Below are positions 32,821 to 41,002 of a stretch of 64,000 nucleotides of DNA, piece by piece (position 1 is the stretch's first letter; each line of letters starts with the position of its first letter). The DNA is from Cyanophyceae cyanobacterium (GTDB lineage: Bacteria; Cyanobacteriota; Cyanobacteriia; Cyanobacteriales; Laspinemataceae): assembly GCA_038321985.1 (NCBI GenBank), contig JBBQFN010000011.1, positions 64,001-128,000 of the forward strand, in the 5' to 3' direction. A model generated the notes under the pieces. It had not been told where the DNA came from. It saw only the letters and a program-made list of their open reading frames with translations, and ran no database searches. Made by a program: the position numbers and the translations under genes.

Positions 32821-33793
32821 AACTCTCCTTTATCACATCAGCCAATCTTGGGATTTGGTAAAATAAAGCTCTATTTCTTATTTTTGATATTTAATGTTTG
32901 GGCGGTTTGAGTATAAAAGGGTGGTCCCTAGATTGCCTCTCTATACTTTAGAAAATTCAAGCGGTGTCCCATCAAATTCATCCCTAAAAACGATTTAAAA
33001 ATATGGTGAAGCCAGTTTGTTACCCAGGATATTTTCTTTACTAAATTTTGGAAATATAAAAATTATTAAATTACTATTTAGCGCATATTATTTTTTTAAT
33101 TCAGTTGGGAGCGTAAAAATAAGTAGTCATGAGAAATAAGTTGTTTTTCCTGAATCTCTCAACGCCTTGTCTAGACAATTTCTGAGGATGCCTTTATCTT
33201 TGTATTAGTGTTTAGTAAAATTCACAAATTTAACGTGATTTTCCTACGTTATTTATCTTAATTTAGATCCCACTAAAAAATTAATGGCCCTCTTGAACGT
33301 CATTCTTTGAACACCAATAGTTAATCTTCCTAAGAAGATTGGATCACCCATTGGCTTTCTGGGGAAAGCGTTTAGAGTTCCCTAACATGAATACAGCTTA
33401 TGCTACGGCTTAGAGGCTTTGTATCTATCTCTAGATAGAGAGAAATATCTCTAAATAGATAGATGCGGAATTTGCAATCTGGTCTGTCCAACTCTTTTTT
33501 CCTTAAATGAGTGACCGCGCCTGATTAGGACCCTCTACCTCAAAACTACCTATGGAATTAGTGAGGATGTCAAGCTACGCTTGACTCATACTTTTTTTGA
33601 TAAGCATTCGCTGTCTAGCTGATGGGGCTGTGGTAAGTTGTCAATTCAGGTTGCCTGTACTCACAGGTTAAAATGGAGATATAATCCTCACCCAGGCAAG
33701 GTGGGGCTACCTAGAATAAGCCCTATGAGCTGGTTTTTAAAGGTTTCTAGGAACTGGATTGAGTATAGAGGCCCACTGCAAACTTTCTCAGAT

Positions 33794-34900
33794 ATGACTA
33801 TGTTTGACCATTGGTTTAAAAACAAGATTCAGACTTCTATTTTAGCCGGTACTGCGATCGCAATGGCAGTATCCGCTAGTGCGATCGCCATCGGTTCCTT
33901 CGCCCTGGAAAACCGCGATCGCTTGGCCCAAAACCCAGGCAAATTTGAAGTTAAAAATAGTAAAATTTATGCCCCAGACGGCTCCGAATTTCTGATTAAA
34001 GGAACCAATATAAATGGTCCTGATTTTGGGTGGCCTGGAGATACGCCTAGCTATATAGATTTAGTCGCCGACTGTTGGAACTTTAACACCGTTCGAGTCA
34101 ATATCCGACTCTTAGGCGGTCAAGAATCTTACGAAGAAAATGGAACCCTTGAAGAGATAATTGACGTTTACACCGATCGCGGCTTGGTCACGATAGTAGA
34201 AACCCATGATCATACAGGGTCCTATTACGAAGGCGAAGAGTTAGAAATCCTCAAAGAGTTCTACCGGGACCTTGCCACGAACTATAAAAATAACCCTTAT
34301 GTCTGGTTTAATGTCATGAATGAACCGGGGGGTCACGAGAGTAGCGCTAATATCGATAAATGGTTGAAAGTTCATCAAGAAGTCATTAAAGTCATTCGCG
34401 ATGAAGTCGGCGCAGACAATATTATCGTGATTGACGGGCATTACTGGGGTCAAGATGTGGGAGAGTGGAACTCTAAATCGGTTTCTTCCGAAAAAAGTGC
34501 CATTTTAGGACATTCTCAAAAACTCATGAACTTTAACGATAAACGCTACGATAATTTAGTGTTTAGCGTTCATTTTTATGACCAGTGGAAATATTCAGAA
34601 ACCAAAATGGCTGATTATTTAGACCAGGTAGCCGCTAAAAATATTCCCTTGATTATCGGAGAATATGGGGTCGAAAAAAATGCTGAATTTAAGTCTCCGG
34701 TTGAGTTTATGTTTAATACCGCAGTTCCCCGAAATATCGGACGAATCGTCTGGGCTTGGTGGGGTGGCGATAATTTTGAATTAACAACTACAGATAATGG
34801 GGGGGGTCATCATATTGATAGCTGTGAAAATCCCACTAATTTAACTTGGTTGGGTAAACAAGTGTGGAAAGATAATCATGGAGAATATCCCCGGAATTGA
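33794..34900 (+). CDS. Exported glycoside hydrolase family 5
   Basis: Signal-like segment, FNTVR, MNEP, SVHFY and IGEYG. Start set at ATG 33794 (ORF track gives 33638). Confidence 0.88.
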   Translation: MTMFDHWFKNKIQTSILAGTAIAMAVSASAIAIGSFALENRDRLAQNPGKFEVKNSKIYAPDGSEFLIKGTNINGPDFGWPGDTPSYIDLVADCWNFNTVRVNIRLLGGQESYEENGTLEEIIDVYTDRGLVTIVETHDHTGSYYEGEELEILKEFYRDLATNYKNNPYVWFNVMNEPGGHESSANIDKWLKVHQEVIKVIRDEVGADNIIVIDGHYWGQDVGEWNSKSVSSEKSAILGHSQKLMNFNDKRYDNLVFSVHFYDQWKYSETKMADYLDQVAAKNIPLIIGEYGVEKNAEFKSPVEFMFNTAVPRNIGRIVWAWWGGDNFELTTTDNGGGHHIDSCENPTNLTWLGKQVWKDNHGEYPRN

Positions 34901-37089
34901 GCGAAATTAACTCAATCATGAACAGGCAGTCCTGGGTTTTGAAGTGGGGGACGTATTCTCAACGTGCAGCCGCACTTTTAGCCGTCGCTTTCTTACAACC
35001 GATAGCACTGAGTGGATGTGTTTCTCTGAAGGAAATGCAACCGCAGGCATTACAAACCCAGTTTGCGCCGGGGTGGCATAACGTGGCGATCGGGGGAGGG
35101 GGTTATGTCACAGGTATCTATCTCCATCCGCAAGACGCTAACTTAGGATATATCCGAACGGATATGGGAGGGTTTTATCGATGGAGTTCCACCGATACCC
35201 GGTGGATACCCCTCACCGATCGCTTTACTCGGTCCGAAAATGGTTACTATGGCGGGGAAGCATTGGCATTGGACCCTAGTAATCCCGATATTGTGTATAT
35301 TGCTGCCGGAAAATATTTATGGGGAGAACCGGGATCGATTTTTAAGTCCAGCGATCGCGGTCAAACGTGGGTCCCGTCGGATCTGCGGCTGCCGATGGGG
35401 GGAAATGAAGAAATGCGCGGGGCGGGAAATCGCTTGGTAGTCAGTCCCCATGACTCGAATTTGTTATTATTTGGGTCCCGGCAAAATGGCTTGTGGCGAT
35501 CGCTAGATGCCGGAATGACCTGGAACCCCGTCCCCGGTTTTCCTACCCCTTCCCACTCAAAAATTGGCATTCTGGCGATCGCTTTCGACCCCAACCATGC
35601 CAGCCAAATTTATGCCAGCGTTTACGGCGATTCTTTATATGAATCCACCGATGGCGGAAACACCTGGAATCCCCTGCCCAAAAGTCCCTCTCATGCCTTT
35701 AAATTAGCCGTCGCCTCCGATAGCACGCTCTACATTACCCATGCCCAAGGAGTCAGTAAATATTTCCAAAAAAGCTGGCAAGACATCACTCCTCCAAAAA
35801 GCCCTTTTCTTCGCTTAATTCGTTCGGAAACTCCTCCCTTTAATGGATTAAGTATTCATCCCCAAAAACCCCAAGAACTGATAGTCAGTCACGGCGATAC
35901 TAGCGCCACTAAACTTTATCATTCCCGCGATGGCGGATTGAGTTGGACTGAAAGAAAATCTAAACTTAATAATACCGTTCCCTGGTGGCCGGATGACTAT
36001 TTTAGTAATCATCTTTCTGCCCTGGAATTTGACCCAATCGTTCCGGGTCGAGTTTGGTTATCCGATTGGTATGGTGTCTGGAAAACCGATAATTTTAACG
36101 AGAGTTGGCCGGTTTGGACGAACTATACTCAAGGTCATGAACAGTTAGTTACGTTTGACCTAGTGGCTCCACCTACGGGGGCCTTAATCTTAAGTGCCGT
36201 CGCCGATGTAGAGGGATTTTATCACCCCCGGTTAGATCAGTTTCCCTCCCAAGGGTTCGGGTCTAATCGCGGATCTTTTCAAGACACTTATAGCATCGAT
36301 TATGCAGCAAAATTTCCTCAAAATTTAGTCCGAGTGGGTGGCGATCGCTGGAATTCTCGTTATGGCGGTGCCACCTCCCAGAATGGCGGTTTGACTTGGC
36401 GGAGATTCTCCCAATTTCCCGAAGAAATAATGCCCATGCGGGTTGCAGTTTCGGCAACTAATCCCGAGAAATTTATCGTTACCCTCAGTAATAGGCAAGC
36501 AATCCAAACCCAAAATAATGGTCAGTCCTGGCAATCGGTCCAAGGGTTACCCGATAGTATTAAAGGCCCTTGGAAATGGTCTCAACCTTTGGCGGCTGAT
36601 TCGGTCAATGGAAATCGATTTTATTATTACGATGAAGGCATGGTTTATCAGAGTCAAGATGGCGGTTTATCCTTTGCTCCAGTATATCAAAATCTGCCCC
36701 AAGCTGACTGGAATTTTCTAAAAACAATGCCGGGAGTAGAAGGAGAGGTTTGGGTAAGTTTAGACAAAGAAGGATTATATCGATCGCCCAATGGGGGACG
36801 CAGTTTTTCCAAGGTAAAAGGAGTTGAACAGGCTTATTTATTTGCTTTTGGAAAAGCTGCCCCTAGAATGGAAGTTCCCGCCCTTTATTTATATGGGAAA
36901 GTAGCCGATCGCCGCGAGAGTATTTTTTGGTCTCCGGATTTAGGAGAAACTTGGATTGACATCGGCGATCGCGATACTCCCATTGGCAATCAACCTAATG
37001 TTATGGAAGCCAGTAAACAGCAGTTTGGCTTAGTGTTTGTGGGAACTAATGGCCGAGGGATTTATTACCGTGCGATCGACGCTCACTAA
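34897..37089 (+). CDS. GH74 xyloglucanase-like double beta-propeller, probable lipoprotein
   Basis: GGGGYVTG, RTDMGG and AVADVEGF catalytic-Asp motifs, many S-x-D-G-G-x-x-W Asp-boxes, GTNGRG at the C-terminus, and an LSGC lipobox. Confidence 0.85.
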   Translation: MSEINSIMNRQSWVLKWGTYSQRAAALLAVAFLQPIALSGCVSLKEMQPQALQTQFAPGWHNVAIGGGGYVTGIYLHPQDANLGYIRTDMGGFYRWSSTDTRWIPLTDRFTRSENGYYGGEALALDPSNPDIVYIAAGKYLWGEPGSIFKSSDRGQTWVPSDLRLPMGGNEEMRGAGNRLVVSPHDSNLLLFGSRQNGLWRSLDAGMTWNPVPGFPTPSHSKIGILAIAFDPNHASQIYASVYGDSLYESTDGGNTWNPLPKSPSHAFKLAVASDSTLYITHAQGVSKYFQKSWQDITPPKSPFLRLIRSETPPFNGLSIHPQKPQELIVSHGDTSATKLYHSRDGGLSWTERKSKLNNTVPWWPDDYFSNHLSALEFDPIVPGRVWLSDWYGVWKTDNFNESWPVWTNYTQGHEQLVTFDLVAPPTGALILSAVADVEGFYHPRLDQFPSQGFGSNRGSFQDTYSIDYAAKFPQNLVRVGGDRWNSRYGGATSQNGGLTWRRFSQFPEEIMPMRVAVSATNPEKFIVTLSNRQAIQTQNNGQSWQSVQGLPDSIKGPWKWSQPLAADSVNGNRFYYYDEGMVYQSQDGGLSFAPVYQNLPQADWNFLKTMPGVEGEVWVSLDKEGLYRSPNGGRSFSKVKGVEQAYLFAFGKAAPRMEVPALYLYGKVADRRESIFWSPDLGETWIDIGDRDTPIGNQPNVMEASKQQFGLVFVGTNGRGIYYRAIDAH

Positions 37090-37109
37090 ACCTTTATCTA
37101 CTTTTGCTG

Positions 37110-37784
37110 TTACCGTTGATCAGCACTCGCAACTGATCGTGCCTTTCCAGTTTTTTGGCGACGTTTCAGGAGTAATGCACCGACAAAACCGAGGGCGACT
37201 GCGGCGGAGGGTTCCGGAACCGATTCCGATTCCATCACTGGGGTTTGAATCATAGTAAAACCCGGGGGTCCCAGGTATCCGTCCCCATACCTCGCACTCA
37301 TCTCACAAGCCTGAAATTTACAAGCGCTCAAAGGCAAGCCCGCTGGTGCTTTTATGTATCCCGTAAAAATATCTGTGAAACGCGGCTCCGTATCATTTAG
37401 GAGCCATAGGTATAAGCCGTACTCCGTGATTCCAAAAAGAGAAAGTTCCCCCTTCAATGGCTCTAAGCTGCCCCCCCCTGACAATTTAAAATCCGTTACA
37501 ACCTCCGGGACCACCGTAGCCCGGGTTATGCTGTCGAAATAACCGGGCGCTGTAGTGTATTCTCCATCAATGAAAAACGTATTACGTGGAGAAGAAACAA
37601 TGGTATCGAAAATTCCATCAGCGAGGGTATATTCAATTTCAAAGTTCTTAAAAACGATAGACTCTAAAAGGGTCGCTTTAAAAGTCAACCCCTGTGCCGG
37701 AGCTGCATTTAGCACTCCCATTGAACTAAAAAGGGCGACGAAAAAGGTCAAAATTCGGGGCGTTTTAAAGAGTAGTTTGGGCAT
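37110..37784 (-). CDS. PEP-CTERM surface protein, array copy 1
   Basis: Signal peptide plus C-terminal VPEPS, TM helix and KRRQK. Confidence 0.92.
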   Translation of the reverse strand: MPKLLFKTPRILTFFVALFSSMGVLNAAPAQGLTFKATLLESIVFKNFEIEYTLADGIFDTIVSSPRNTFFIDGEYTTAPGYFDSITRATVVPEVVTDFKLSGGGSLEPLKGELSLFGITEYGLYLWLLNDTEPRFTDIFTGYIKAPAGLPLSACKFQACEMSARYGDGYLGPPGFTMIQTPVMESESVPEPSAAVALGFVGALLLKRRQKTGKARSVASADQR

Positions 37785-37939
37785 AATATGTTCCTATTAT
37801 TTAGTGAGTCAATTGGGTTTTTGATGAGCGGATTTTTCGAGCTTTGTATTCACGAGAAACTAGGAGTGAGATTGGCGATCGCGAGATTCTGATAAAAAAT
37901 CAATCCAAAGACCCAATTGTACAGTTTTCATCCCTGCCT
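37785..37939. repeat. 155-bp intergenic spacer with long inverted repeat and HIP1 (copy A)
   Basis: Near-identical to 38621-38775. Arms at 37810-37823 and 37906-37919. Confidence 0.88.
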
Positions 37940-38620
37940 TTACTGTTGAACAGCAGTCGCCACAGGTTGTGCCTTTCCAGTTTTTCGATGACGTTTCAAG
38001 AGGAATGCACTGACAAAACCGAGGGCGACTACAGCTGAAGGTTCAGGAATGGGTTTGTGTTCTTCAGGGACTGGGGTTTGAGTCAGGCGAACACTGTAGT
38101 ATGCGGCCTCCCGAAAGTTTGCCGAGGCATCACAAGCCCTTGTTTTACAGGCACTCAAAGGCAGTCCCTCTGGTGCTTGTATCGTTGATATAAAAACATC
38201 TCGATACTGTGCTTGACTTGGGTTTAGGATCTGGAGGGACAATCCGTCCTGTGTGATTCCAAAAATAGACTGCTCAAAAGACTTTTCAAACTCAACTGGA
38301 TTTGAGGCCCCTCCCCTAATCCATTTAAACCCGGTTACGACTTCGGGGACAACAGTTATAGTTCGGTTTGGGTCTTCATTGAAATCTGAATATCCATCGG
38401 TGAAAAAGGTATTAAGGGGGGACGAAACGATGGTATCGAAAATTCCATCAGCAAGGGTATATTGAATTTTACTGTTTTCTAAATAGGGATCGGAAGATCC
38501 GTAAATCGTGCCTTGAAATGTGAGGCCATTTGCCGGGGTTGCACTCAGCGCTCCCATGGAAGTCGCAAGAGCAACAAAAATGGCAAAGTATGGGGGAGTG
38601 TTCAAGAATAGTTTAGGCAT
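37940..38620 (-). CDS. PEP-CTERM surface protein, array copy 2
   Basis: Signal peptide plus IPEPS, TM helix and KRHRK. Paralogue of copy 1. Confidence 0.92.
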   Translation of the reverse strand: MPKLFLNTPPYFAIFVALATSMGALSATPANGLTFQGTIYGSSDPYLENSKIQYTLADGIFDTIVSSPLNTFFTDGYSDFNEDPNRTITVVPEVVTGFKWIRGGASNPVEFEKSFEQSIFGITQDGLSLQILNPSQAQYRDVFISTIQAPEGLPLSACKTRACDASANFREAAYYSVRLTQTPVPEEHKPIPEPSAVVALGFVSAFLLKRHRKTGKAQPVATAVQQ

Positions 38621-38775
38621 AATATGCTCCTATTATTTAGTGAATCAATTGGGTCTTTGATGATCAGATTTTTCGCGCCTTGAATTCAGAAAAAACTAGG
38701 AGGGAGATTGGCGATCGCTAGATTTTGATAAAAAATCAATTCAAAGACCCAATTGTACAGTTTTCATCCCTGCCT
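38621..38775. repeat. 155-bp intergenic spacer with long inverted repeat and HIP1 (copy B)
   Basis: Perfect 15-bp arms CAATTGGGTCTTTGA (38646) and TCAAAGACCCAATTG (38741). Confidence 0.88.
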
Positions 38776-39450
38776 TTACTGTTGATCCGGAGTCGCAACA
38801 GGTTGTGTGCTGAGAGTTTTTCGATGACGTTTCAAGAGGAATACACTCACTAAACCGAGGGCGACTGCGGCTGAAGGTTCTGGAACGGATTCAGGCACGG
38901 GTGTGATAATCATCCGGGAACCGTAGAATCCGCCTTTACCCCCAAAGTCGGCAGAGGCATCACAAGCCTGGGTTTTACAAGCGCTTAAAAGTAGTCCCTC
39001 CGGGGCTTTTATGGTTGACATAAAAATATTCTGATAAATCGGAGGTTGGCTCACATCTAAGAGTTGGAGGAATAATCCGTCCTCGGTGATTCCAAAAAGA
39101 GAAAGTGGAATATCCACTGGCTCTAAGCTACCTCCCAGTGTCCATTTAAAATCCGTTACGACCTTGGGGACAAGGGTTGCAAGGCTCATCGGTAGGGTGG
39201 GCGGGGGTCCGAAAGTGTAATCTCCATCAATGAAAAAAGTATTGGGCGCGGAAGCAAGAATGGTATCTAAAATCCCATCGGCGAGGGTATATTCAATTTG
39301 AAGTCCCTCTAAAGCGGGAAACCAAGTTTCGTAAATTGTGCCTTTAAATGTTGCTGCATTTGCTGGAGTTCCAATCAGCACGCCCATTGAACTGATAACA
39401 GCAGCGGAGAGAGCAACTACTCCGGGACGGGTGAAGAAAAATTGGGTCAT
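38776..39450 (-). CDS. PEP-CTERM surface protein, array copy 3
   Basis: Signal peptide plus VPEPS, TM helix and KRHRK. Confidence 0.92.
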   Translation of the reverse strand: MTQFFFTRPGVVALSAAVISSMGVLIGTPANAATFKGTIYETWFPALEGLQIEYTLADGILDTILASAPNTFFIDGDYTFGPPPTLPMSLATLVPKVVTDFKWTLGGSLEPVDIPLSLFGITEDGLFLQLLDVSQPPIYQNIFMSTIKAPEGLLLSACKTQACDASADFGGKGGFYGSRMIITPVPESVPEPSAAVALGLVSVFLLKRHRKTLSTQPVATPDQQ

Positions 39451-39601
39451 AATAAGGTCCTCTTGTTTAATTTATCAGGGGGATATTTGATGAGAAAATG
39501 TTGCAGTTTAATTGAGGGTTTTTAGAAAGCTAGAGTCACGGGATTGAGAAGCGATCGCCCGTTAATCACAGGAGAGCAATAATTTACTCTCCCTGTTACC
39601 T

Positions 39602-40330
39602 TTACCCTTTATCCGCCGTGGTAACAGCTTGTGCATTGCTAATTTTGCGCTGACGTTTCAAAAGCCATGCACTGACAAAACCGAGGGCGACTGCGGCTGA
39701 GGGTTCCGGAACGGGCTTAGCTTTAGTTACAGGGGTGTGAATCATCTGCAAATTGCTAAACCGTCCTTTCTCCGAGAAGGCGGCCTCCCCCTCACAAATC
39801 TGGGTTTTGCAGGCGCTCAAAGGCAGGCCCTCTGGGGCTGTGATGATAGCCTGAAAAATATTGCTGTAAATCGCGGGTATATCTGAGCTGAGGATTTGGA
39901 TGAACAACGCCGGACCCTTGAAGTTGAAAGACTGAGTATTGGTCACAAAGGAACCTTCACCCCCAATTCCAAAAATAGAACGTCCAAAAGACTGCGAGCT
40001 GGGTCCAGTGTTGTCGGATCTTACTATTTTAAAATCCGTGACTACCTCGGGAATAACAGTTCCTACGGGTTCATAATAGCTATATCGATCAGTAAACAAG
40101 GTATCCAAGGGGGAAGAAACTACTGTATCGAAAAGGTCATCAGGTAGGGTATAGTAAAATTCCCAATCGTTAAAATTATCAACGAATCCGTACTCAAAAT
40201 CAGGAGAGTTGTAAATTGTGGCTTTAAAAGTTAACCCCACCGCTGGAGTTGCACTCAGCAGTCCGATTGAACTGAAAATCGCTACAGACAAGGCCAACAA
40301 TCGGGGAGTAGTCAAGAATAGTTTTGCCAT
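39602..40330 (-). CDS. PEP-CTERM surface protein, array copy 4
   Basis: Start set at ATG 40330 (MAKLFLTTP, preceded by GAGG) by homology with the other copies. Ends VPEPS, TM helix, KRQRK. Confidence 0.92.
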   Translation of the reverse strand: MAKLFLTTPRLLALSVAIFSSIGLLSATPAVGLTFKATIYNSPDFEYGFVDNFNDWEFYYTLPDDLFDTVVSSPLDTLFTDRYSYYEPVGTVIPEVVTDFKIVRSDNTGPSSQSFGRSIFGIGGEGSFVTNTQSFNFKGPALFIQILSSDIPAIYSNIFQAIITAPEGLPLSACKTQICEGEAAFSEKGRFSNLQMIHTPVTKAKPVPEPSAAVALGFVSAWLLKRQRKISNAQAVTTADKG

Positions 40331-40576
40331 AATATCGTCCTCTTGTTTAGTTAATCGATTTGCCCTTTTAGTCGGAGTATCTTGGGGTCTTTGGAATTTA
40401 GGAGGAAATTCGATGGAAATTGGCGATCGCCCGGTTCTAATTACCAATCAATCCCCTGGTAGTCAAGTGCGTAAACAGCAGTTGGGTTGAGATTTTTAGG
40501 GGATCAATATACGCAAGATTTATGAAGGAGCGCCGATTAATAAGACTCAACAAAGCGTTGCCGTTCACCGTTACCT

Positions 40577-40735
40577 TTACTCTTGATGAGCGATCGCAAA
40601 ATTGTAAACGGATAGTCTTTCGGTGACATTTCAAAAGCCATGCACTGACAAAACCGAGGGCGACTGCCACTGAAGGTTCGGGAACCGAATGAAAACAGGC
40701 AACTATCGGGGAGGGTTCAGGAATAGTTTGGACAT
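40577..40735 (-). pseudogene. Internally deleted fifth PEP-CTERM copy
   Basis: GAGG RBS and MSKLFLNPPR*LPVF, joined out of frame to SVPEPSVAVALGFVSAWLLKCHRKT. The 3' end matches that of copy 4. Confidence 0.85.
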
Positions 40736-40905
40736 AAAAAGGTCCTCGTATTTAATTCTGCCACTCCCTCTTTTATGAACGAATCCCAATAAGGTCAGAA
40801 AATTAAATCTGTCAAATTCTATACGTTTATTTTATCCAGAAAATTCAGTTTTAACAGGAAAATATGTTAAAGGTTTGATGAAGATAATAAATGCCAATTA
40901 AGCGC

Positions 40906-40945
40906 AAAAAAACCGAAGGTTGAATTTAAACAACCCTCGGTTTTT
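40906..40945 (-). terminator. Intrinsic terminator-like hairpin after the WecB/TagA gene
   Basis: AAAAAAACCGAAGGTTG-AATTTAAA-CAACCCTCGGTTTTT. Confidence 0.6.
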
Positions 40946-41002
40946 ATAACATTAAATGCCTGTAGAAACTTCTAGCGAGCGAGCCTGAAGTACCCGGTTC
41001 GA

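Noticed and set aside
37785..38775. Integron attC sites / cassette array
   Set aside because: No clear RYYYAAC...GTTRRRY boxes, no integrase in the window, and all cargo genes are paralogues.
37110..40735. Diversity-generating retroelement acting on the array
   Set aside because: No reverse transcriptase or template repeat in the window, and the variation includes indels rather than adenine-specific substitutions.
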